This document shows, piece by piece, positions 9,501 through 17,489 of a stretch of 20,000 bases of DNA. The DNA lies in NCBI GenBank assembly GCA_016188265.1, contig JACPID010000003.1, positions 61,070 through 81,069 on the forward strand, written 5' to 3'. Origin of the DNA: Candidatus Woesearchaeota archaeon. GTDB taxonomy: Archaea > Nanobdellota > Nanobdellia > Woesearchaeales > ARS49. The notes below the pieces were generated by a model. The model was not told the DNA's origin. It saw only the letters and a list, made by a program, of their open reading frames with translations, and ran no database searches. The stretch's first letter is position 1; each line of letters begins with the position of its first letter. The translations under genes and the position numbers were made by a program.

Positions 9501-11493
9501 TGAATCAACTTCATTTGATAAAATGAAAAATTTTCAGAACTATGATAGAGTGCCAAAAATAGTCCTTCAAACACCTATTAAAGTAATGCAGCAAAAAGAT
9601 TATGAATACTTTGTTCAATGTAAAGATAAAGCAGAATTGCTTTCAAATACTAAAATAGTTAGTTTTAGTGTTGATTTAAGCCAAAATTTTAGTATAGAAA
9701 GCAAAACAAAAAAAGGATTTAATAGCCCTGATATTGAATTGAGAATTTTTACTAATAAAAAATCAGTATGCTTTTATGGAGAAGATGAAAGATCAATAAC
9801 AAATCCTTTAGGAGAAAGTGAGATTAGTTTTTTTCATAAACAATTAGTTTCTGCATCTGGAAATGCTTCAGGTATTTTAAATTATTATGTTAGGTGCACT
9901 TCAACACAAGGAGAAATAGCAGAAGCAAAAGTTGAAATATTTGTAGATTTAACACCTCCAACCCTTAATATTGATGTTTCTACAGACTATTATTTAGATA
10001 GAAAAATTTCATGGGATTTAGACATGTTTAAGATAAGATTAGAAGGACAAGATGAAGAAACTGGCATTGCAGGATTTTATTATTTAATTGAAAATATTGA
10101 TGGCCAAGTTGTTGCTGATTGGGCTTTCACAGACAGAACAGATGGCAAATCATTTTATGTTAAACAAAAAAGCGACAACACCCCAATTATGTTAATTGAT
10201 AAAACATCTTATAGAGTGCGTGCACGCGCAGTAAATAAAGCAGGACTTCATAGTGAAGAGATTGTAAGTGATTTTGTCCTGATAGATTCAAGCGTTGAAC
10301 CTGAACACTGCATAAATGAACGCCATGATCCTGATCAAGGAGAGATTGGAGCAGATTGCGGAGGAACTTGCAGTGGTGCCTGTAAATCTGGTGATTTTTG
10401 CCAAACAAATGAGAATTGTGAAAGCAACATATGTAAAGAAGGAATATGCCAAGCGCCTTCCTGCAATGATAAAATCAAAACTTTTGATTTTGAAACAGAT
10501 ATAGATTGTGGCGGGCAATGCCCAACAAAATGCAGTATAAGCAGTTCTTGCAAGATTAATAGTGACTGTGAACTTGATTTTTGCCAAAATTTTGTTTGCG
10601 AACAACCAGGACCTTGTGAAGATAAGCATTTAAGCTCAGAAACTGGAGAAACAGATATAGATTGCGGAGGATTATGCGGTTCTTGCAGTGCAGGCAAAAA
10701 CTGCAATTCAAACAAAGATTGCTCTTCAGGATTATCTTGCAATGAAAATGTATGTACAATTTTAGCAGAAGCTGACAGTGATGCTGATAGCATAAAAGAT
10801 GATCAAGATATTTGCTTAGAAACACCATCTGGAGAGCAGGTTGAAAGAATAGGGCCTTATGCGGGATGCTCTGAAGAGCAAAGATATACAAAATGGATTA
10901 TTGACAATTTTGGCAGTGCAGAAGCAGAAGGTGCAGGAAAGTATGATGATCCTGACAATGACGGCTTAAATAATTGGGAAGAATTTATTTTATACAAAAA
11001 TTACAAACAAAGTACAGATCCATTAAATGCAGATACTGATGGTGATGGCTGGAATGACAACGAAGAAGTAAAAAAAGGGTACAATCCTTTAAATGAAAAA
11101 GAACATCCCCCATCACTAATATGGACTTTATTTAAATGGATGATTATTCTCGCAATTTTAGGAATAATTGGTTATGGCGGGCATTATTCGTATAAGCGTT
11201 GGGTTAAAGATTGGCTTGAAGAAAAAGGCTGGCTAAAAAAGAAAGAAATGCCATTTCCAATACTGCCTAAACCGCTAATCAGGCCTCCTATCAGCATAAA
11301 ACCTCCTGTAAAAGTTCCTCCAATTTCTTTTAAAAAACCTCCTGAAAAAATATTAAAAGAATTAAAAAAATTAGCAAAACCAAAAAAAGAAGAGTACTTA
11401 ACTCTTAAAGAATTAGCCGGCAAAATAAAGAAAAAAGATGTTTCAAAAGAAGTATTTGAAAAACTTAAAAAATTTAGAGAAAAAAGAAGATGA
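6559..11493 (+). CDS. Giant modular cell-surface protein/adhesin (1644 aa)
   Basis: Signal peptide ending ASA, CGDGYC..CPVDC motif, FN3-like segment, Cys-rich region, Ig-like domains with DTTPP/DLTPP linkers, three ExxxDCGG repeats, DxDxDG Ca-binding (TSP3-like) motifs, C-terminal TM helix and a Pro/Lys-rich tail. Confidence 0.85.
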   Translation: MPRISWQQIVGSLWFIVLLLIIVPFASAEGCCCNTQTGLAEPDSAQPDANTCAQELTFLEITSEERFAKVTCSEKCIEEFGERAYVCGDGYCNEPEETPDSCPVDCKRVIALCGDPLYNPPPRLFRVLPVKSQPILELFFTLECPQSIQFLDIYRCTGKDCTDFKKIDTIAPTTSYKDFSELSFNQDYSYKIEAQYSSGKSSAVKATGNLGNIECLSQNSPVFCISDGYYNKYKNLLQKQGHGILSAQSFQNEFINSVSAEFNTRFNQAWKCNDLNKLYQDLPKVQCDASKNEVCVIRGSSAQCITPSVCENNRPFGLFNAVESCEGLEQNPNYCYFDRKTGIINTCNNCPTDYSLQCYDYKTKGACENDNCNVGNCAWRNIFPSLGIGVCIDTAQNNCHLCTEKNSLFDSCYAEKAKALSTNTASCYYSPTFKQALDCSRITCQDYELEQDCGTPLGGVKLNQDNSIQQKSIDPCGIGACQFQPQGCMKNADGNTGPGSEDCSKGDRNCELDYFPPETQISLTGNKNEFLHIRIKDKKTKEDPLRDLSEKPGYFTYLCLVTATKQCNDASSFDIKINASRLVLNNLVLFEKKQRLATLQEGKNILKFFSKDNSSNLEQIKSIEISACDNCQGPVVDFIKVEGAKRFDDFFYTNNIQPAISVEFITPTQITTAELIREGKTVQLKQTNSGFNIGFTFIPTSPLTEGAYTFRLSALNQKNIELIQQAAIGLVIDTTPPTVEASPDDGTAFETQQVSVKLLFSEPVMPDNLILEEDTFVNKFASVPEESKVIDILQTKDNKVFEGKLTHKQDGVITFVIDVTDFAGNILQTTSSYSVNTGIGKIRLKQPSWGITSQTQFDIIIQTTTKSECSYAYDLPTIPPANEQNFLASKRFDKTSGNFHVVQGFNRLQDRQEHHIDIFCKDKNGIMYERFTLSIDTTPLFIIEAFASPEKISETSDQIQDLYETTLNIVLNEEGFCRYADESTSFDKMKNFQNYDRVPKIVLQTPIKVMQQKDYEYFVQCKDKAELLSNTKIVSFSVDLSQNFSIESKTKKGFNSPDIELRIFTNKKSVCFYGEDERSITNPLGESEISFFHKQLVSASGNASGILNYYVRCTSTQGEIAEAKVEIFVDLTPPTLNIDVSTDYYLDRKISWDLDMFKIRLEGQDEETGIAGFYYLIENIDGQVVADWAFTDRTDGKSFYVKQKSDNTPIMLIDKTSYRVRARAVNKAGLHSEEIVSDFVLIDSSVEPEHCINERHDPDQGEIGADCGGTCSGACKSGDFCQTNENCESNICKEGICQAPSCNDKIKTFDFETDIDCGGQCPTKCSISSSCKINSDCELDFCQNFVCEQPGPCEDKHLSSETGETDIDCGGLCGSCSAGKNCNSNKDCSSGLSCNENVCTILAEADSDADSIKDDQDICLETPSGEQVERIGPYAGCSEEQRYTKWIIDNFGSAEAEGAGKYDDPDNDGLNNWEEFILYKNYKQSTDPLNADTDGDGWNDNEEVKKGYNPLNEKEHPPSLIWTLFKWMIILAILGIIGYGGHYSYKRWVKDWLEEKGWLKKKEMPFPILPKPLIRPPISIKPPVKVPPISFKKPPEKILKELKKLAKPKKEEYLTLKELAGKIKKKDVSKEVFEKLKKFREKRR
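10492..10664 (+). repeat. Intragenic 17-bp direct repeat (ETDIDC coding unit), 156-bp period
   Basis: GAAACAGATATAGATTG at 10492-10508 and 10648-10664. A diverged third unit (EIGADCGG) lies near 10342. Confidence 0.85.
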
Positions 11494-11972
11494 AGAATAA
11501 ATCCCAGCTCATAGGCCAAATTTTTATTTTTATTTTTGCCCTTGCAGTTTTTGCAATGCTTGTAAGCTTCGGCTATAAATATGTTAAACAAATTCAAGAA
11601 TCACACTACACACTTTCTATTGTTGACTTTCGCGATAAATTATCTGAAGCAGTAGAACGTATTAGGTATAGAACTGGCAGCGTTGAAAAATTAGCTCTTA
11701 AATTTCCTCAAAGACATTTAGAAATATGTTTTGTTGATTCTGAATCAGCAGAATCACTGGCAGAAAATAGGCCTTTACTGCACTCTTTATGGTCTGGGAG
11801 CAAACAAAATGTTTTTCTCCAACCTTTATCTTTAATTCCAATCATATTACCTTCAATAAAAATAGATTCAGGTTATTGCTGCTTAACTCCTGACGGAACA
11901 CTAAATCTTCGTTTAGAAGCCCTTCCAGATAAAGTTAAAATAAGCCCGTGGGAATTAGAGTGTGAAAAATGA
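11490..11972 (+). CDS. Pilin-like protein with class III signal peptide
   Basis: MKNKS|QLIGQIFIFIFALAVFAMLVSFGY; ATGA overlap with the upstream gene. Confidence 0.78.
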   Translation: MKNKSQLIGQIFIFIFALAVFAMLVSFGYKYVKQIQESHYTLSIVDFRDKLSEAVERIRYRTGSVEKLALKFPQRHLEICFVDSESAESLAENRPLLHSLWSGSKQNVFLQPLSLIPIILPSIKIDSGYCCLTPDGTLNLRLEALPDKVKISPWELECEK

Positions 11973-12979
11973 GCAAAGCAATTGAATTACAATTTCACTG
12001 GGTGTTTCTCTTGATAGCTGGTGCAATAATTCTTGGCTTTTTTAGCATTATTGCTTTAAAACAGTACCAAATCAGCACTGCAAAAAAAGAAATCTTTCTT
12101 TTAAGGGATTTTGAAACAACATTTGAAAGCTCTCTTAAATCAGAAAATACAGTTATGCCTCCTTTAGATACAATTCAAGATGTTTCATTTTATTGTTCAA
12201 ATGTTTGCGATTGTAATTATATTATTGGAAAAACACAAAGGCCTTATAGAGAAAAAATAATAATCTCACCTCCAAATCTTAAAGGAGGGAAACAGATAAT
12301 GTGGGCTCTTCCAGTAAACCTGCCTTTTAAAGTAAGCTCGATTTTATTGCTTTTTAATCAAAATGTAAAATTTTATTTTATATACGATGAAACTAGTGAG
12401 TCAGTAAAATTAAAAGAAATAATACAAAGAAATATTCCTGAAACACTTATTTCACAATTTATTCAAAAACCTGATTTATACAATTTACAATTTGAGGGAT
12501 ATGATTATTCAAGATTTGTATTTATTGAAACCTCAATACAGGATATTGATAATAGTTTCAGCAATGAAGATGTTAGCGCCGTTTTAATAAACGACAATCT
12601 TGCTGAGTTCTATGAAAAACAAGAAGGACAAGCTGTATTTATCAGGCAAAAATCATTTTTCTTTTATCCAGAAGATAAAGGATCATTATTTGCTGCAATT
12701 TTTTCATCTGATGCAAATATGTTTTCCTGTTCTATGCAAAAAATATATTCACGCCTTGAAGCTATTGCAAACATTCATAAATCTCGTATTCAAGAATTGC
12801 AAGGTTTTGAAGAGCGCTGTTATTATCCACTAGATAACATAGCAAGATTGGAGGAAATTTCACCAGAATTAATGCAAAATAATGTAAATTCATTTTCACA
12901 ACTGCCTTTAATAATAGAATCATTAAAAAAAGAGAATTACAATATTGCAGATATACAAGGATGCCCTTCAATGTACTAA
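11969..12979 (+). CDS. Pilin-like protein with class III signal peptide (336 aa)
   Basis: MSKA|IELQFHWVFLLIAGAIILGFF; ATGA overlap. Confidence 0.75.
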   Translation: MSKAIELQFHWVFLLIAGAIILGFFSIIALKQYQISTAKKEIFLLRDFETTFESSLKSENTVMPPLDTIQDVSFYCSNVCDCNYIIGKTQRPYREKIIISPPNLKGGKQIMWALPVNLPFKVSSILLLFNQNVKFYFIYDETSESVKLKEIIQRNIPETLISQFIQKPDLYNLQFEGYDYSRFVFIETSIQDIDNSFSNEDVSAVLINDNLAEFYEKQEGQAVFIRQKSFFFYPEDKGSLFAAIFSSDANMFSCSMQKIYSRLEAIANIHKSRIQELQGFEERCYYPLDNIARLEEISPELMQNNVNSFSQLPLIIESLKKENYNIADIQGCPSMY

Positions 12980-12980
12980 A

Positions 12981-13478
12981 ATGAAATCTAAAGCTCAGAT
13001 TAAAATGTTTGAAAATGTTGCTGTTATGATAGTTTTCTTTTTTTTACTTGTTTTAGGTTTTAGAGTGTATTATTCTTATCAAGAACAGGCATTAAGTGAA
13101 GAATTAAGAGACATTCTTGAAACAAGAACTTTTCAACTTGTTGAACGCTTGACTGCTCTCCCAGAACTAGAATGCAGTGTTGGAAGTGTTGAAATTCCTT
13201 CCTGCATTGATTTATTAAAATCAAAATCACTTCAAAATTATATAAAAAAAAATCCAGAAAAATATTTTACTTTTTTTGGCTTTTCAACAATTGAGATTAA
13301 ACCAGTATATGGGGAGCCTATTATAGTCTATAACAACACACCTAAAAGTTATACTTCAATGCAAATCAGGCATCTGCCAGTATTATTGTATGATGCAAAA
13401 GGAAATGCAAAATGTGTCGGTGTATCTGGTAATTGTTTTTTAGCAAATTTAAAAGTGAGTGTTTATGAAGAGGAATAA
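12981..13478 (+). CDS. Pilin-like protein with class III signal peptide (start moved from 12945 to 12981)
   Basis: MKSKA|QIKMFENVAVMIVFFFLLVLG begins 1 nt after the upstream stop; contains LPELEC and SCIDLLK motifs. Confidence 0.78.
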   Translation: MKSKAQIKMFENVAVMIVFFFLLVLGFRVYYSYQEQALSEELRDILETRTFQLVERLTALPELECSVGSVEIPSCIDLLKSKSLQNYIKKNPEKYFTFFGFSTIEIKPVYGEPIIVYNNTPKSYTSMQIRHLPVLLYDAKGNAKCVGVSGNCFLANLKVSVYEEE

Positions 13479-13938
13479 AAAGTCACAAACAGAGCTAATT
13501 GGCATTGCAATTATTGTTTTACTAGCAATAATGCTTTTTTTATTTGCGATAGCTTTTTTTTCAGAAATTAAAAAATCACCATACAAGCCAATTGAAGACC
13601 GTAAAATTATAAATTCATTTCTTGCTTCAAGTGTTCAGTCAACAACAATGTGCCAACAATACCCGCTTAAGCAATTAATAGAAGATTGCACTCTGGGAGC
13701 AATACTTTCCTGTCCTGAAAACTCGTGCGATTATATTAAAAGCTATTTTGATGCTTCACTGCAACATTTCTTTGAAGGAAGACAATACTATTTCAGCATT
13801 ACTGAAATGAAAGATGTGCCTATTGAAATTTCAAATACACCTCAAAACAAACCATGCACTGGAGAAAAAGAAGCTAAAAATTACCCAATCTACATACGAG
13901 GATTTCCTATAACAATTTATTTAGAACTTTGCAGATAG
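13465..13938 (+). CDS. Pilin-like protein with class III signal peptide (start likely 13465)
   Basis: MKRNKKS|QTELIGIAIIVLLAIMLFLF; several Cys and a C-terminal ITIYLELC strand. Overlaps the upstream stop. Confidence 0.78.
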   Translation: MKRNKKSQTELIGIAIIVLLAIMLFLFAIAFFSEIKKSPYKPIEDRKIINSFLASSVQSTTMCQQYPLKQLIEDCTLGAILSCPENSCDYIKSYFDASLQHFFEGRQYYFSITEMKDVPIEISNTPQNKPCTGEKEAKNYPIYIRGFPITIYLELCR

Positions 13939-13981
13939 ATCTATTTACAAACTAAAATTAGCAATATTAGGCGAAATTATG

Positions 13982-14368
13982 CTAATAGGTTTCAACTTGA
14001 ATTCCATTGATTCTTTTAAAATGTTCAATATTTCTAGTTACTATTGTATTAATATTATTGCTTAAGGTAATTCCCGCAGTCATGCAGTCGCAATCAGATA
14101 TTATTGCACCTTTTTTAACAAGTTGCGCAGATATATCAGCAGACTTTATTATTGCACGATTGTCTAAAGAAAGAAGCCTCATATCATCAAATGTGTGAAT
14201 TACTTCTCTAAATCTTTCATCAGAAATTTTTCTTATAAAGAGCCCTCTTATAACTTCATACATGTTTATTTGTGTAGTTAATAATAAGTCTTTTGAATTA
14301 AGTATCTTAAGAGTTTCTTTTTCACCTCGCAATACATCAATTAGAAAAGTTGTATCTAATACTTTCAT
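13982..14368 (-). CDS. vapC: VapC-family PIN domain toxin
   Basis: VLDTTFLID, MYEVIRG, ISDCDCMTAG and IVTRNIEHF match the PIN acidic-residue pattern; 128 aa. Confidence 0.92.
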   Translation of the reverse strand: MKVLDTTFLIDVLRGEKETLKILNSKDLLLTTQINMYEVIRGLFIRKISDERFREVIHTFDDMRLLSLDNRAIIKSADISAQLVKKGAIISDCDCMTAGITLSNNINTIVTRNIEHFKRINGIQVETY

Positions 14369-14598
14369 AACATCCTCTTTTTAATCGCCTTTATGTTTTC
14401 TTGTCTTATCTTTTTAAGATCTTTTAACATATCATCTCCCTCTTTATGAGTTAATATTCCGAATAAATCTTTTATATTTCTAGAAGATTTCTTAGAAAAC
14501 ACTCTTATTATTTCTTTAGAAAAACTTTCGCTTTTTAATTTATTTTCTAAAAGCAAATTATATGCATTTTCAACAATAGTTAATGTTTTGGTTGTCAT
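14365..14598 (-). CDS. vapB: VapB-family antitoxin (DUF217-like); start 14598 or 14604
   Basis: MTTKTLTIVENAYNLLLENKLKSESFSKEIIR matches the archaeal KTITI..AY..L...K...ESFS..I.R antitoxin pattern. 4-bp overlap upstream of vapC. Confidence 0.85.
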   Translation of the reverse strand: MTTKTLTIVENAYNLLLENKLKSESFSKEIIRVFSKKSSRNIKDLFGILTHKEGDDMLKDLKKIRQENIKAIKKRML

Positions 14599-14603
14599 AA
14601 ACA

Positions 14604-14630
14604 TACGTGTACACGTACGTGTATATAAAA
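14604..14630 (-). promoter_or_regulatory. vapBC promoter: TATA box plus two overlapping perfect 14-bp palindromes (likely operator)
   Basis: TACGTGTACACGTA (14604-14617) and TACACGTACGTGTA (14610-14623); TTTTATATAC on the - strand at 14630-14621. Confidence 0.7.
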
Positions 14631-14695
14631 TTTACGCTTTAAAAAGCTAATAATATACAATTAGACCTTTAAAACTTTCTTTATTATACTGTTTA

Positions 14696-16492
14696 ATGAC
14701 AAAACAAAAATTGATTAACTCTTTAGTCTTATCAAGCTGCATCTCGTTTACAGCATTTGCAGGTCATGCCTTATACTATAAAAAAATGCCAATGCAAAGA
14801 TTTTTTATAGATCCATTACAATGCGCATATGCTTGTTTGCTGGCATCAACTGCAATTCCAGCATTAATCCTTTCCAAAATCTCAAAAAAACATTCTTCCA
14901 AAAGCGTTGTTGAAAATCCTGAGCTTTCAGCTGGAATCTTTTATAATACTGCAATTGCAACCTCTTTAATGTTTTATTCTCAATTTCCACGTGAATTAAT
15001 GCATATAAAACACGCAATTATTCCTTTCACAGCAGGCTCAGGCATTTATACTTATTTTTTTCTTAAAAACTTATCAAAATTTAATCAGCCTTATATTAAA
15101 AATTTTATAAACGGACTTTCTTTTGCTTTGAAAATCAATAAAGCCTCAAAACAAAAAAATACATCTACGCTTGAAAAACTTATTCAAGAAGAAGCCAATA
15201 GAATATATAGAGATCCTTCGCATTATTATTCTCAAATTGCTTCTACTGAAATGCAAAAAAATAATCCTGATATTGAAAAAGTTATTGCATATGAAAAAAA
15301 ATCATTGAATCAAAAAAAATGCAGTTTGCTTGATAAAATTGTAAACTATCCTCTGACATTATTTATTGAATCAAAATTATTCCCAAAATACAGAGGGCAT
15401 CATCTTGGCAAAGCGCTTTATGCATACAAGTATAATGATGAAAAAACCTTTATACAAGAATATCACTCTTTTATTAATCAAGAACAATCCATTGCTTCCA
15501 AAGCAGCTTATGTTTTTGCTATTGAAGCATTTCTTGAAAAAAAAACATCTAATAATTTAGAGCAAGAAAAAAACATTGCTTGGAAATCACTTATTGGCTC
15601 AATAGTAAAAGAAAAACAATTTTTTGAATCAATTGACAATAGAAAAGTTTACACAGTTTCAATTCATAATTTTCTACGCACAATGCTTATTTTACGTGAA
15701 GGCCCTAAAGAATTTTTGGAGCAGGAGATGAAAAACATATCCAGCATAAAAAATGCCCTAACAGCTAACTGCAGTGTTGTTGAGCCAATTCACATTAGTG
15801 AACATAATGGTTCTTATTATCTTGTTGAAAAATTTGCTCCTGGCAATAGATTAACAGAAAATCTTTCAAGAAGCGCACTTCAAAAATCAATTACTTGCAC
15901 AAAATTAATTCATAATGCCTTTGAAAGAAAAACTGAAAAAGAATGCATGAAACGCGCTACAGAAAAACTCAGAAAAATAGAACTGCCAGATGATATCAAA
16001 AACTTGTTTGCTTCTTCTATGAGTATTCTTTTTGATTATGCAAGCAATTATGCTGTTTTTGACTGCGATGCTCATGCAGATAACTTTTTTGTTCAAAAAA
16101 CTAAGCAAGGCCTACGTATTATAGCTCTTGACAAGCCGTCAAGAGGATATGTTTTGCCTGAAGAAGACATCACAAAGCTTGTGAATGGCCACTCATTTTA
16201 TAAACAATTAGAACAAGGATGGAATCAAAAAAAAGAAGACATATGCAATAATTATGATGCAGATAAAAAGTTCTTTTATTCCTGCGCATCACTTACACCT
16301 TACAAAGCTTTATCCTACGCAGCTTACAGCATTAAATTTCCTATAAAATTAAACAATGCACTATCTTTTCTAAAAAACGCTATTTTTGATATTAATATGC
16401 TAATTGAAGAAACAAAACCTAATAAAAAAAATTATTCTTTATACAAAATTATTCTCAAAGCTCTCAGCCAAACTCAAAGTATCATCGCATAA
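14696..16492 (+). CDS. Membrane protein with a C-terminal APH/choline-kinase-like phosphotransferase domain
   Basis: About four N-terminal hydrophobic segments and a helical middle region. Kinase-like motifs follow: LILREG, EQEM, YYLVEKFAPG, FDCDAHADNFF (Brenner-like), IALD and EEDITKL. Confidence 0.65.
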   Translation: MTKQKLINSLVLSSCISFTAFAGHALYYKKMPMQRFFIDPLQCAYACLLASTAIPALILSKISKKHSSKSVVENPELSAGIFYNTAIATSLMFYSQFPRELMHIKHAIIPFTAGSGIYTYFFLKNLSKFNQPYIKNFINGLSFALKINKASKQKNTSTLEKLIQEEANRIYRDPSHYYSQIASTEMQKNNPDIEKVIAYEKKSLNQKKCSLLDKIVNYPLTLFIESKLFPKYRGHHLGKALYAYKYNDEKTFIQEYHSFINQEQSIASKAAYVFAIEAFLEKKTSNNLEQEKNIAWKSLIGSIVKEKQFFESIDNRKVYTVSIHNFLRTMLILREGPKEFLEQEMKNISSIKNALTANCSVVEPIHISEHNGSYYLVEKFAPGNRLTENLSRSALQKSITCTKLIHNAFERKTEKECMKRATEKLRKIELPDDIKNLFASSMSILFDYASNYAVFDCDAHADNFFVQKTKQGLRIIALDKPSRGYVLPEEDITKLVNGHSFYKQLEQGWNQKKEDICNNYDADKKFFYSCASLTPYKALSYAAYSIKFPIKLNNALSFLKNAIFDINMLIEETKPNKKNYSLYKIILKALSQTQSIIA

Positions 16493-17352
16493 TAAGGGCC
16501 AAGTATGTCATGAGTTCTTTGTATTATATTTAGAATATAATGCGCGAATTTTGGATTTTTTTCAAGCAATTCTTTTGCTTGTTTTTCCAAATTTCTTTTT
16601 TTCTTAGTAAACATTACGCCTTTTTCTTCACTAAATGAAGCAAATATTTCATGAAAAAGCTTGAACAAAGCATTAGTTTCTTCAATAATTACTTGTACTT
16701 TTTTACTATTATTTGCCAAAGCACTGCCTAAACAAACATATTCATCAGCTATTTTCTCAGCTTCCCAAATAATACAGTATAATAACTGCTGATTTGAATC
16801 CTTTGAAAACTGATTATTAATAGTTCTTTTACACACATTTGTAAGCTTATCTGTTAATTCTTCAAGTGATTTGAGCTCATTTAATAATTTTTCATCAAAT
16901 TTCCTGCTTAATAATGCAACAATAACTCCCATTTCTTGAATAATAAAAAAAACTCTTCTCAAAATAATATCAACTGTTTCTTCTAAAGGCTGCGCAATAT
17001 TTTTTATAGTGCAAGTAGTAAGCCCTCTATTGAGAATCTCAAAACCTAAAAGCGTTTTTGTCTTTTCTTGAATAGCTTGAATAAGCTCTGGCTTAGAAAC
17101 TGAAGCCTCAATAAGATCAATTCCTTTTTTGTATGCAGCGCTTATTCTTCTTTTAACAAATTCTTCATTACCCTCTAGATGAAGCTTCAGTATTTTATTT
17201 ACATCGCTGCTTTCTGAGGTTATAACTACTTTTTTGCCTGATATTTCAAGATTTAATTCATCACCTTTTTTTATGCCTTGCTTTTTAATCCAAAAACTTG
17301 GCAGGCTTACAACATGCGTTTTCCCAGCTAACTGAATAACCTTCCTCCTCAT
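16474..17352 (-). CDS. AbrB/MazE/SpoVT-domain plus PhoU-like transcriptional regulator
   Basis: MRRKVIQLAGKTHVVSLPSFWIKKQGIKKGDEL (AbrB-type), SAAYKKGIDLI, LLGFEI and EAEKIADEY (PhoU-like). Confidence 0.88.
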   Translation of the reverse strand: MRRKVIQLAGKTHVVSLPSFWIKKQGIKKGDELNLEISGKKVVITSESSDVNKILKLHLEGNEEFVKRRISAAYKKGIDLIEASVSKPELIQAIQEKTKTLLGFEILNRGLTTCTIKNIAQPLEETVDIILRRVFFIIQEMGVIVALLSRKFDEKLLNELKSLEELTDKLTNVCKRTINNQFSKDSNQQLLYCIIWEAEKIADEYVCLGSALANNSKKVQVIIEETNALFKLFHEIFASFSEEKGVMFTKKKRNLEKQAKELLEKNPKFAHYILNIIQRTHDILGPYYAMIL

Positions 17353-17489
17353 AAGCTTAAGCTCAAAAAAAAGCTATTTTAAATTTTATGAAGTTATATA
17401 ATTATAAGCAATTATATAATGTTTAAGCACAAAATATATACCTTCAAAGCTTCAACTATTCCTTTATCATTTGTTGGAGGTCAAGATAT

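Noticed and set aside
10187..10891. Cluster of antisense/alternate-frame ORFs (e.g. 10335-10793, 152 aa)
   Set aside because: Shadow ORFs of the Cys/Gly-rich, slightly more GC-rich repeat region of the 1644-aa gene; no independent motifs or start signals.
11184..11597. 137-aa Phe/Gly-rich ORF on the - strand
   Set aside because: Mirror of the Lys/Pro-rich tail of the giant protein.
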